This document shows, piece by piece, positions 19,717 to 29,346 of a stretch of 64,000 bases of DNA. Each line of letters begins with the position of its first letter. Position 1 is the stretch's first letter. Made by a program: the position numbers and the translations under genes. The stretch comes from Prochlorococcaceae cyanobacterium ETNP18_MAG_14. GTDB taxonomy: Bacteria > Cyanobacteriota > Cyanobacteriia > PCC-6307 > Cyanobiaceae. The stretch is taken from the NCBI GenBank assembly GCA_030741055.1, contig JASLWC010000001.1, positions 4,061 through 68,060 of the forward strand. Direction: 5' to 3'. Under the pieces are notes generated by a model that ran no database searches, was not told where the DNA came from, and worked only from the letters and a program-made list of their open reading frames with translations.

Positions 19717-20967
19717 TCAAACTGCATCTAAAAGTCGAGTCAGTGGCTGCCAGGCATGTGCCGCAGTGGGAAGCATGCAAATCACCTCATCACAGAACGC
19801 ACGAAGTAAAAGCTGAGCGGCCTGGGGAGGCGCAATCCCGCGGCTTTGCAGATAAAAAAGTGCGTCTTGCTGCAGTCGACTCACTGTTGCTCCATGGGCG
19901 CATTTCACATCATCAGCAACAATCTTCAACTCAGGTTTGGTATCAATTCGGGCTCGATCTGAGAGCAGCAGGCTGCGACTGAGCTGAGCAGCATTGGTTC
20001 GCTGCGCCTCACGGGGAACCTGAACTACTCCATTGAAAACACTGCGGCCATTACCAGCTGCAACCGCTTTATGAAGTTGGTCTAAGGCTCCTTCCGGGCC
20101 GTTGAAGCGCACGCACGAATGAGTATCAGCAAGCTGATTGGAATTCACCAATTGAAGGGCCCTTAATTCAGTATGGGCACCACCATCCAACTGATTCAAA
20201 TGGGGTTCATGGCGCATTACGCCCCAACCTTGGCAGACACTTGCCTGGCAAAGCTCACTAGTTGGTTCCTGATCAACAGACAGATGAGCTAATAAGGCGG
20301 ATTGAGGATGGCCTAAGGCCAGCAATCCATGTTGCAATTGAGCCCCCTTTTGTAACTGAACCTCCACTACAACGCTGGTGAGGTTGGCGCCTGCACTTAA
20401 CTGCACCTGTAACAGCTCAAGCTTGGACTTTTCTTCAAGAATTAACAGCACATGCACTGCGATCACACCCCGGTTGTTACCGGCATCGCAGACCAGTTCA
20501 AGAGTCTCTTCAACTTTGCCGCGCACCCGTAGACCAATCACCCGTGGAGCGATGGCTTGATTCAGTTCTAAAGGCCAGTGGCCTTTAGAAGTCGCCAAAT
20601 TCGAGTTATTGCCAAGAGACTGCTTGAGCTCGGTTTCGTTAAGCAGGGTTAGCCCTTCAGGGAGGACAACTCCAGCTAGGGGGTCTTGATCCGCACCAAT
20701 TACCACACGAGTTACTTGATTGGTAACAACGGGTGCCGCTGGCTTGATTAGAGAAAAGATCTGCCTAGGTTCAATTTCAGCGATAGGTGCTAGATCACAG
20801 AAGCGCCAGTCCTCCTGGGAACAGTCAGGAGCAGGCAGACTTTCAAGTTGATTGCGGGAAATGGCCTGCAAGTCAGCCATTGGTCCTGATGGGGGCTCGA
20901 GGCGATCTAAAAGTTTGTCGCGCCAATTGTTCAGGGCAGAGCGGTGCTTGATGGGAGCTTCCACCAT
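19717..20967 (-). CDS. sufD: Fe-S cluster assembly protein SufD
   Basis: [32 protein letters not shown]. Confidence 0.93.
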   Translation of the reverse strand: MVEAPIKHRSALNNWRDKLLDRLEPPSGPMADLQAISRNQLESLPAPDCSQEDWRFCDLAPIAEIEPRQIFSLIKPAAPVVTNQVTRVVIGADQDPLAGVVLPEGLTLLNETELKQSLGNNSNLATSKGHWPLELNQAIAPRVIGLRVRGKVEETLELVCDAGNNRGVIAVHVLLILEEKSKLELLQVQLSAGANLTSVVVEVQLQKGAQLQHGLLALGHPQSALLAHLSVDQEPTSELCQASVCQGWGVMRHEPHLNQLDGGAHTELRALQLVNSNQLADTHSCVRFNGPEGALDQLHKAVAAGNGRSVFNGVVQVPREAQRTNAAQLSRSLLLSDRARIDTKPELKIVADDVKCAHGATVSRLQQDALFYLQSRGIAPPQAAQLLLRAFCDEVICMLPTAAHAWQPLTRLLDAV

Positions 20968-21755
20968 TAGGTCGTCCCCAAAGCTTTCAATCCTTGATCT
21001 ACCCATTCATAACCATTGCGCTCTAATTCAAGAGCCAGCGTTTTGTCCCCTGAGCGCACAATTCGTCCTGCAGCCATCACATGCACGTAGTCAGGCTTGA
21101 TCAGATCGAGCAATCGTTGATAATGAGTAATCAAAAGGATGGCATTTTCTGCGTTGGATAATTGATTTACCCCAGCAGATACGATGCGCAGAGCATCAAT
21201 GTCGAGACCAGAGTCGGTTTCGTCTAGGATCGCTACAAGGGGCTCCAGAAGAGCCATCTGCAGGATTTCATTGCGCTTCTTTTCACCACCACTGAAGCCT
21301 TCATTCACCGAACGATCCAGGAAAGCTGGATCCATCTGAACCAAGCCGAGACGCTCCTGCACAAAATCTTCAAAGGCAAAAGTATCTAGTTCTTCTTGGC
21401 CCTTTTCTAAGCGACGAGCATTTGTGGATACGCGCAGGAATTCAAGATTGCTTACCCCAGGAATCTCCACTGGGTATTGGAAACCTAGGAATACTCCGAT
21501 ACGAGATCGCTGATCTGGTTGCAGAGTGAGTAGGTCTTGGCCGCAATAGCGAACGCTGCCTTGGGTAACGCTATATGCCGGATGACCTGCTAAGACCTTG
21601 GACAAAGTACTTTTGCCACTGCCATTACGCCCCATCAAGGCATGGATCTCACCTGCTTTGATGGTTAGATTTACCCCATTAAGAATGGGCTGATCATCAA
21701 CCCGAGCATGTAAATCGCAAATCTCAATTAGTACAGGTGCATCGGAGCAAATCAC
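20967..21755 (-). CDS. sufC: Fe-S cluster assembly ATPase SufC
   Basis: [29 protein letters not shown]. Confidence 0.96.
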   Translation of the reverse strand: MICSDAPVLIEICDLHARVDDQPILNGVNLTIKAGEIHALMGRNGSGKSTLSKVLAGHPAYSVTQGSVRYCGQDLLTLQPDQRSRIGVFLGFQYPVEIPGVSNLEFLRVSTNARRLEKGQEELDTFAFEDFVQERLGLVQMDPAFLDRSVNEGFSGGEKKRNEILQMALLEPLVAILDETDSGLDIDALRIVSAGVNQLSNAENAILLITHYQRLLDLIKPDYVHVMAAGRIVRSGDKTLALELERNGYEWVDQGLKALGTT

Positions 21756-21820
21756 GGCGAGGGAGGTAACTGGCGAAGAATTAAGTGAAGTTGAAAGGAT
21801 TAAGCATAGAGGCTGATTAA

Positions 21821-23263
21821 TTAGCCAACTGAGCCTTCCAGCTTAAGTGCTAATAGTTTATCAGCCTCAGCCGCGAATTCCATTGGTAATTGATTAAAAA
21901 CATCACGGCAGAAACCACTTACAATCATTGAAATGGCTTCTTCGAAATCTATTCCACGGCTCTGAAGATAAAAGAGTTGGTCTTCTGAAATTCTGCAAGT
22001 ACTAGCTTCATGCTCGATGCTCGCATCAGGCTGTTGACTACGCATATAGGGATAAGTGTTAGCGGCAGCTTGGTCGCCTATCAGCATTGAATCACATTGG
22101 CTATAATTTTTGGCATCAAAAGCTTTTGGACCAATCTGAACCAAACCTCTGTAGCTATTTGAGGAATGGCCAGCGCTAATGCCTTTACTCACAATCGTAG
22201 AACGAGTACGTGGTCCTATGTGAATCATTTTAGTGCCAGTATCGGCTTGTTGATAATTATTAGTTAGGGCTACTGAATAAAACTCTCCCACTGAATCTTC
22301 ACCTTGTAATATACAGCTTGGATATTTCCAAGTAATTGCCGAGCCAGTTTCTACTTGAGACCAGCTGATTTTGCTGCGGGCACCTCGGCACTGACCACGC
22401 TTGGTGACAAAATTATAGATACCGCCTATACCATCTTCATTGCCTGCATACCAGTTTTGAACGGTGGAATACTTGATTGAAGCATCATCAAGTGCCACTA
22501 GTTCTACCACCGCTGCGTGAAGCGTATTGGTATCAAACATCGGCGCTGTACAGCCTTCGAGATAGCTCACTGAAGATCCTTCCTCGGCAATGATCAAGGT
22601 CCGCTCAAATTGTCCCGTATCACCAGAGTTGATCCGGAAATAAGAGGATAATTCCATTGGGCACTCAACGCCTCTAGGTATGAAAACGAAAGATCCATCA
22701 CTGAAAACAGCAGAATTCAGTGCGGCGAAATAATTGTCGTTAATCGGTACTATTGAACCAAGATAACGCTTAATTAAATCGGAGTATTCTTTTACAGCCT
22801 CGCCGATTGAGCAAAATACAACACCATGTTCGGCGAGTTTCTCTTTGTAAGTAGTTGCAATTGAAACGCTATCAAATACCGCATCGACGGCAACATTTGA
22901 CAGACGTTTTTGCTCGCTAAGCGGTATCCCTAGTTTGTCGAAGGTTTCTAGCAGTTTTGGATCGACCTCATCGAGGCTGTTCTTTTTTGATTTCTGCTTA
23001 GGCGCTGCGTAATAAACGATGTCTTGATAATCGATTGGCGGGTAATCAAGACCAGCCCAATTTGGCTCCTTTATTTCAAGCCAGTGTCGAAAGGCCTTGA
23101 GCCGAAAATCGAGCAGAAACTCTGGCTCCTTTTTCTTGGCCGAAATCAGGCGAACAACTTCCTCGTCAAGGCCCTTAGGGATCTTTTCGGTTTCGATCTC
23201 AGTAACGAAGCCATATTTGTATGGCTGCGCAACGAACTGCCCAACTTGGCTTTGGCTGGTCAT
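21821..23263 (-). CDS. sufB: Fe-S cluster assembly protein SufB
   Basis: [34 protein letters not shown]; ATG at 23263 preferred. Confidence 0.97.
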   Translation of the reverse strand: MTSQSQVGQFVAQPYKYGFVTEIETEKIPKGLDEEVVRLISAKKKEPEFLLDFRLKAFRHWLEIKEPNWAGLDYPPIDYQDIVYYAAPKQKSKKNSLDEVDPKLLETFDKLGIPLSEQKRLSNVAVDAVFDSVSIATTYKEKLAEHGVVFCSIGEAVKEYSDLIKRYLGSIVPINDNYFAALNSAVFSDGSFVFIPRGVECPMELSSYFRINSGDTGQFERTLIIAEEGSSVSYLEGCTAPMFDTNTLHAAVVELVALDDASIKYSTVQNWYAGNEDGIGGIYNFVTKRGQCRGARSKISWSQVETGSAITWKYPSCILQGEDSVGEFYSVALTNNYQQADTGTKMIHIGPRTRSTIVSKGISAGHSSNSYRGLVQIGPKAFDAKNYSQCDSMLIGDQAAANTYPYMRSQQPDASIEHEASTCRISEDQLFYLQSRGIDFEEAISMIVSGFCRDVFNQLPMEFAAEADKLLALKLEGSVG

Positions 23264-23310
23264 AGCTGATAGCCGGTCAAAGATCAGTGAGGGAGCGAAG
23301 GCCTTCAGTG

Positions 23311-23338
23311 AGAAACGAAACATTAATGTTTCGTTTCT
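23311..23338. promoter_or_regulatory. Perfect 28-bp palindrome, candidate SufR operator
   Basis: agaaacgaaacattaatgtttcgtttct equals its own reverse complement; core AAAC-N6-GTTT resembles the SufR CAAC-N6-GTTG box; about 48 bp upstream of sufB. Confidence 0.7.
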
Positions 23339-23521
23339 TGGAGCCTAGTGCACAGGCCTTTGAGGCGACTAGCTCGTTCATTGTGGCTTGCTTAAGCGCC
23401 TTGGAGCCTTGAAGAACATCTCTAGAAGTTGAGATCTGTGCCTAGACCTCACCAGGTCAAGTACAAGTTTGCTGTCAACTTTTCGATTTGCGTGGCATGG
23501 TTGTATTAGCACTTGCGATCT

Positions 23522-24187
23522 ATGAACGCAGAGGCGCAGGCCCCTACACGTGAAGCCGCTCTTACTCTGCTGTTGCGGCAGGGCCAGAGCAGTGCGGCAA
23601 ATCTCGCTGCATCATTAGGAATTTCCGTGCAGGCAATGCGTCGCCATCTACGCAGCCTCGAGGACGACGGTTTAGTTGAAGCCAGTCCAATGCCAACAGG
23701 CCCTGGACGCCCCTCAAACCTCTGGCAACTAACACAGCAAGGCCACAGCCGCTTCCCAGATGGCAGCGAGAATTTTGCCCTTGGCTTGTTGGAGTCTTTA
23801 ACAGAAACTCTTTCTCCCGAGGCCTTTGCGGCACTACTAGGCCAACAGGCACTTACAAAAGCCAACCATTACCGCGAACAGATAGGTTCAGGATCGATCC
23901 AGCATCGTCTGGAGAAGCTAGTGGAATTGCGTCGCCGTGAAGGCTATGAAACCGAATGGCAGCAATCCCCGGACGGCAGTGGTTGGAGCATTAACGACTT
24001 TCACTGTTCTCTACAGCGAATTGCCGAGGAGTATCCATCTGTTTGCGAGCAAGAATTGCTGTTAATGCGGTACACATTCCCTGACTGTTTGGTGGATCGG
24101 GTGAACTGGCGCCTGGAATGTGGTCATTGCTGTGGCTTCCAGATCAAGCCCACTCCATCACAGGTAATGGCCGACCAAGAAACGTAA
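23522..24187 (+). CDS. sufR: Fe-S cluster biosynthesis transcriptional regulator SufR
   Basis: N-terminal HTH (LGISVQAMRRHL), GPGRP and C-terminal HC...C...CC; divergent from sufB. Confidence 0.93.
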   Translation: MNAEAQAPTREAALTLLLRQGQSSAANLAASLGISVQAMRRHLRSLEDDGLVEASPMPTGPGRPSNLWQLTQQGHSRFPDGSENFALGLLESLTETLSPEAFAALLGQQALTKANHYREQIGSGSIQHRLEKLVELRRREGYETEWQQSPDGSGWSINDFHCSLQRIAEEYPSVCEQELLLMRYTFPDCLVDRVNWRLECGHCCGFQIKPTPSQVMADQET

Positions 24188-24559
24188 GCGGCGAATTTTC
24201 TCGGCCTGGGAAGCTTTGCTCAAATCAAGGCTTCTGATGATCAATCTTCGAGAGCGATGAGTATTGCCAGGTCAAGTTTGACCTGCTTGTGGAGTTGTAT
24301 TGCAGCTGTCGATCTCGTGATTAATTAAATGTGCCAGCTCAGACGTCGCAGAATTTGCAGCTGAAATTGCCCAGTTCCAGATCAAATTGATCGCAGTCTC
24401 TATTAACTGCGCATCGAGGGGAGCCTTCCATTTTTGGATGTGCTCCCAGTTGTACGTTGCCAGTAGATCCCAGTGCGGTCAGTAGATGCTGACCACAAGA
24501 GCTTCATTCACCCGTAAACAACCATTTGCCCACAGAATGTTATTCCAAACAAAAACGGA

Positions 24560-25672
24560 GTGTTTTTAGACGTGACCCAGGCCCTGACTTCAATGGCACG
24601 TCTAACTCTCCGTCAGCTCCGTCGGATGGCCAGTGATTTGGGTGTGAACCTTTACAGCCGCAAGAGTAAGGAACAATTGCTAAACGCTATTGAGGTGCTC
24701 CAAGGAAAGAAAGAAGCCGAACGTTTTGAGTTAGGGGCCGAACTCAGCACCCCATCCACACTGAAAGCAGATACCCGGGTGGTGTTCCTACCGCGAGATC
24801 CACAATGGGCTTATGTCTTCTGGGAGATCTCCGAGACAGATCGCTTGCGCGCACTCTCTAAAGGAGCTAGTCGTCTTTGCATACGTCTTACTGATGTAAC
24901 CGGCATCAATGGCAACACAACGGCACATCCACACACCCTTCAGGAAGTGCCTGTAGACAGCCACAGCACCGAGTGGTATCTGCCTATTCCAATGGGTGAT
25001 CGAGATTATCGAGTGGAACTCGGTTATCGCTTTGGAACCAGTTGGATGTCATTAGCGTTTTCCTCTGTAGCAAGGGTTCCAGCACTTCAACCAAGTGAGC
25101 AGATCCTTGATCAATTTGTGCCCTTCAGTCTTGAGGGCATCACAAGCAGTCCTCTGCCTACTGCTATGCCAGCCACACCACTTATTGAGAACGACTCTAA
25201 AGATCCGACAGGTAGCGGACTTCATGAGCGGCTCTATCAGAGCGCCACAAAGCACTTCCGCAGTAGCAGAGTCGGTTCTGAAGTCTTCCAGGAGCGCAAC
25301 GATATGGGTGCTCTTGCAAGCGGGCTTAATGACTCAGGCATAGGTCTATGGGCTAGTGGCCGTAACGAGTCTGGAGTGGGTGGAGTTCCCTCACGCCAGA
25401 AGACCTTCTGGCTTGTAGCCGACGCCGAGCTGATGGTTTATGGCGCAACTGATCCTTCTGCCCGACTAACCATCGGCGGTGAAAATGTGCCTCTCTCAAA
25501 TGATGGAACTTTCCACATTCAAGTTCCATTTCGTGATGGAGAACAGACCTATGCGATTGAGGCCACTGCCGCTGACGGTGAAGAAAAGCGCAATATCACC
25601 CTAAATTTCCAAAGGATGACACCAAAAGACAATACAAACCCCGAAAGCCAAACACACTCAGAATGGTTCTAA
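24560..25672 (+). CDS. DUF4912 protein with Rho-N-like N-terminus
   Basis: LTLRQLR...YSRKSKEQL; LPRDPQWAYVFWE; FWLVADAELMVYGAT. Confidence 0.88.
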   Translation: MFLDVTQALTSMARLTLRQLRRMASDLGVNLYSRKSKEQLLNAIEVLQGKKEAERFELGAELSTPSTLKADTRVVFLPRDPQWAYVFWEISETDRLRALSKGASRLCIRLTDVTGINGNTTAHPHTLQEVPVDSHSTEWYLPIPMGDRDYRVELGYRFGTSWMSLAFSSVARVPALQPSEQILDQFVPFSLEGITSSPLPTAMPATPLIENDSKDPTGSGLHERLYQSATKHFRSSRVGSEVFQERNDMGALASGLNDSGIGLWASGRNESGVGGVPSRQKTFWLVADAELMVYGATDPSARLTIGGENVPLSNDGTFHIQVPFRDGEQTYAIEATAADGEEKRNITLNFQRMTPKDNTNPESQTHSEWF

Positions 25673-25688
25673 ACGAACTTCCTGGAAA

Positions 25689-25865
25689 ATGACAATGATG
25701 CGTTGGTTTGTCGCCCTTACCCCTCTGGCTGGGGCAATCATCTTCCCTCTTGTTGTGCCCTTAAGCATGGCGCGATTTGGTCTAGGTGCTGGAGTTTTGG
25801 TTGCGCTGATTGTTGGCAGCATCTGGTTTGTGACCATGCTGCGCACTGCTGAGATGCCTCACTGA
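25689..25865 (+). CDS. Small two-TM membrane protein (58 aa)
   Basis: MTMMRWFVALTPLAGAIIFPLVVPLSMARFGLGAGVLVALIVGSIWFVTMLRTAEMPH; co-directional, 16 bp after DUF4912. Confidence 0.72.
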   Translation: MTMMRWFVALTPLAGAIIFPLVVPLSMARFGLGAGVLVALIVGSIWFVTMLRTAEMPH

Positions 25866-25927
25866 GATACAAACTGAAGGTCACACCACATGGTGGAACC
25901 CTTTTGTTGGGTATTTGAATTTAGCTA

Positions 25928-27331
25928 GTGGGTAGAGGAGTTTTTAAATGGATATTGCCGATACTTCTGGGGTGCACCAGTTGCAGCAAGGTGGGATCAG
26001 TGCTGGGTTCTACGCCAGCGGAGCTCCCTTTACCTGAAGGGATTCAGGTGGTTTTCAACCACCGTGATTTGGCACGATATCGCAGCCCGCTCACTGATCA
26101 GTGGCGCAATGGCGACAATCTAGAGGAGTTCATAGTCAAGGCCATAAATGAAGCCCAGCAAGAGATTTTTGTAGCTGTGCAAGAACTCAGCTTGCCTGTT
26201 ATTGCCCAAGCCCTTGTTGCAGCTAAGCAAAGAGGTGTAAATGTGCGAATAGTGATGGAGAACACTTATAGCCAGCCATGGGGGGGTCTACATGAAGCAG
26301 ACCTTTCCCTTCGAGAACGGCGACACTTGGCACAACTAAAGATATTGGCAGATCGCAATAGTGACGGGAATCTAAGCTTGCAAGAACGCCAGCATGGTGA
26401 TGCGGTGGAAATCCTCAGGCGTAATAAGATTCCTTTGATTGACGATAGAGAAGATGGCAGTAAAGGTAGTGGGCTTATGCATCATAAGTTCTTAGTAATT
26501 GATGGTCTTAGTGTGATTACTGGTAGTGCTAATTTCAGTAGCTCGGGTATACACGGAGATGCCGGTGCATGGCAAACGCGCGGTAACGTTAACCATTTGC
26601 TGCGCTTCAACAGTGCAGAGTTGGCAGAACTGTTCAAAAAGGAGTTTTTGTTGATGTGGGGAAATGGCCCTGGGGGTGCAAAAGATAGTCGATTTGGGCT
26701 GGCTAAAAACTCATCTGGTATTCAAGTGGCACGGGTTGGCAGCACACGGATTGAGGTGCTTTTTGCTCCCCATGATAAACGTCAAAAGTTGAACGGTCTT
26801 AAGCTTATTGCTGAGCGAATGGCTAAATCAAAAGAGGATATCGATATGGCTCTGTTTGTTTTTTCAGCCCAGAGTCTTGCTAATGAGCTGCAAGAGCTGG
26901 TGAAACATGGTGTGAAGATACGGTTAATAGCCGATCCTGGCTTCGCCAGCCGTTCCTATTCAGAAGTCTTGGATTTATTAGCTGTCGCACTACCTGATCG
27001 GTTTTGCAAGATAGAAGCAGGTAACAAGCCATTTGATTCACCTTTGAAGGGGGTGGGTACCCCACGCCTGGCTCGAGGTGACAAGTTGCACCACAAGTTC
27101 GCCGTGATCGACAACAAAACAGTGATCACTGGCAGTTTTAACTGGTCGCCCGCTGCCGCACACACCAATGATGAAACGCTCCTGGTAATCCACTCACCAC
27201 AACTCGCCAAGCACTTCACCCGTGAGATGGACCGGCTCTGGCGTGGCGCCGAGCTGGCGATCACTACGAGAATGCGAAAAAAGCTAGAGCGGCAGCGTTT
27301 GAAGTGTGGCAGTGGGCTGCAGCGAGGGTGA
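25928..27331 (+). CDS. Phospholipase D/Nuc-superfamily lipoprotein (cyanobacterial ComA-like, no HhH tail seen)
   Basis: Two HxKxxxxD motifs (HHKFLVID..GSANF; HHKFAVID..GSFNW); lipobox-like LLGC. Confidence 0.85.
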   Translation: MGRGVFKWILPILLGCTSCSKVGSVLGSTPAELPLPEGIQVVFNHRDLARYRSPLTDQWRNGDNLEEFIVKAINEAQQEIFVAVQELSLPVIAQALVAAKQRGVNVRIVMENTYSQPWGGLHEADLSLRERRHLAQLKILADRNSDGNLSLQERQHGDAVEILRRNKIPLIDDREDGSKGSGLMHHKFLVIDGLSVITGSANFSSSGIHGDAGAWQTRGNVNHLLRFNSAELAELFKKEFLLMWGNGPGGAKDSRFGLAKNSSGIQVARVGSTRIEVLFAPHDKRQKLNGLKLIAERMAKSKEDIDMALFVFSAQSLANELQELVKHGVKIRLIADPGFASRSYSEVLDLLAVALPDRFCKIEAGNKPFDSPLKGVGTPRLARGDKLHHKFAVIDNKTVITGSFNWSPAAAHTNDETLLVIHSPQLAKHFTREMDRLWRGAELAITTRMRKKLERQRLKCGSGLQRG

Positions 27332-27420
27332 GAGGCTCTATGGCTAACAGATGGCTAGGTAAATGTTGGGAGAACTAAACTGATTTTTGAATGGGGTGAA
27401 AATCTTTGGAGGGTTTGGGC

Positions 27421-28122
27421 ATGGCAGACAATGAAAAACAGATAAGTCAGAAGGTAGCTTTGGGCGTTGAATATCTGCAGTCAGCTATTCAGCATTACCA
27501 GCAAGGGAACCTTTTAGAATCTAAGCAAGCCTGTGAGCATGTAGCAAATCATGATCCCAATAATGCTTTTGCGATTGGATTGCTTGCGACAGTTGAGAAA
27601 GGTTTAGGCAAACTAGAATTGGCAGAGAAGTTATTCGAAAAATCTTTGAATATTGATCCGAAATAGTCAGATATTCTGAATAATTATGTGGGTTTGCTAA
27701 TTAACAGGAAAGAATTTAGATTGGCATCTAAGTTGTCAGATAGGGCAATCAGTATTGCGCCAAAGTCAGCAGAACATCACTGGCTCATTTGATATTCCCT
27801 GTGGAAGACCGGCAAGCATAATGAAGCTCTAATTGCAAGCCACAAAGCGATTAAACTCAACCCTAATATAGCTTGCGCTTATAAAAATCTTGGCGTCATC
27901 TATAAAGAGAAAGGACAACTTGATCAAGCATTAGAAGCAACATTAAAAGCAATTGAACTCAAGCCTGACTATGCAGATGCTTATAACTTAATAGGAATAA
28001 TTGAGGAGAGTGAAAGAGATGTGCTATATGGCTTTACCGGTAAGGTTTGCTCTTTCAAGTCCTGTTATGCAGCAAATCAGAAGGCTCTCGACAATTATGT
28101 AAGTAGTCTAATAATCAATTAA
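27421..28122 (+). pseudogene. TPR-repeat protein pseudogene with two in-frame stops
   Basis: TPR sequence continues in frame past TAG 27664-66 and TGA 27790-92 (AYKNLGVIYKEKGQLDQALEATLKAIELKPDYADAY); AT-rich. Confidence 0.85.
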
Positions 28123-28292
28123 TTTATCTGTTGCTTGCGTCCTGATTGATCAGGGATTGCCATGGTGAAAGAATTGAATTGATCAATGTTCTAGACTAAT
28201 GAAGGCGTTTTCGATGATTGCATTGACCCAAAATATTTCTTTTAATCACATGAAATCGGTCATTATCAGCGGGTCCAGGGGAGAATGATTCC

Positions 28293-28694
28293 ATGAGTCT
28301 GTACAAAATCCATTCATTATTGGCCGCTCTTGGTCTGCTTCTCGTTTCTGCACCCGCTGCATTCAGCGAGGTGGAAAACACTGCGTTTCCAACTAAGCAG
28401 GAGCTGCACAGCATCCAACTACAGGCTTACATTTGCTCGCGTAAGAATCAAACAGAGGCTTGCACCCTAACCCGTCAAATGGTCGATCCACTCATGGATC
28501 ATCCACGCTTGTCTTCCTCTTGCAAGGATGCGGTCTGGGAGTTGCTTCAGGCAGCTCAAACGGCCTCAACTAATAGCTACCAGCGCAGGGATTCTATTGA
28601 TCAACCCGCCCGGAGACTTTACGTTTTTTGCATCAATCAAACAATAAAAAAAGCACCTAAACCCTCGACTCAAGGTGGTCTGGTTCCCCAGTAA
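28293..28694 (+). CDS. Exported Cys-containing hypothetical protein
   Basis: Signal peptide; DPLMDHPRLSSSCKD with 4 Cys. Confidence 0.75.
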   Translation: MSLYKIHSLLAALGLLLVSAPAAFSEVENTAFPTKQELHSIQLQAYICSRKNQTEACTLTRQMVDPLMDHPRLSSSCKDAVWELLQAAQTASTNSYQRRDSIDQPARRLYVFCINQTIKKAPKPSTQGGLVPQ

Positions 28695-29346
28695 TTCTTT
28701 TGCTTTCATCAATCACCAACCCATCAGGAAAAGCCAATCAAAATAACTCTAGCTAATTTTAATCTAAGGTTGATTGAGTGCAGATCTACAGCCTTAATAT
28801 TATTAATCAGTAGTATATTGTTTGCGAGTAATCAAGTAGACTATCCCAAAAGCTAGCCAATATCTCAAGCCTAGGAACGACTGATAAACTTTAATAGGCT
28901 CTAGCTAATGACCATATAAAAATTAAATAAGGCAAGCTACGGGCTAATCGGTTACGCCGAATAACGTCTCTGTTCTCATCTTCGTCTTGGTTAAGTCAAA
29001 CTGCTTTTTTTGAGAGCTAATCTGTGCGGCTAACATGACAGTGAATAGGAACAGCTGGCTGGATTGCATCTCAAAGTTAGATCAGGCAGTGCATTGGTGA
29101 ACTTGGATAAAAGGTAGTTTTTGATTCTCGTTCTTGTCGGCACAACCACAGTCACAGCATTTCAGAGCAGCCTGGCATCAGCTATAGCAAGCCAAAAGTA
29201 ATCGTGCCCTATTACCCAAAAACTGAGCTAAACACCTGCTTCTCTAAAAGTCACTGCTGGACATTCTCTGTGAGCAACGGGAGTGCTCGAAACGGTGAAG
29301 GTTGATGCGCTTGATTAGGTTCGATCAAGAACTGCCTTCGTCTCTG

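Noticed and set aside
23452-24277. ccaggtcaagt occurring on both sides of sufR as a target-site duplication
   Set aside because: Only 11 bp, sufR is in its normal position, and no mobility gene is present; chance is plausible
27664-27792. Stop-codon recoding (Pyl/Sec or alternative code) in the TPR gene
   Set aside because: Two different stops occur, and TAG and TGA end normal genes elsewhere in the window; pseudogenisation is simpler
25928-28122. PLD plus TPR as an anti-phage defence system
   Set aside because: The PLD has an export/lipoprotein signal, the TPR gene is broken, and there is no helicase or methylase partner
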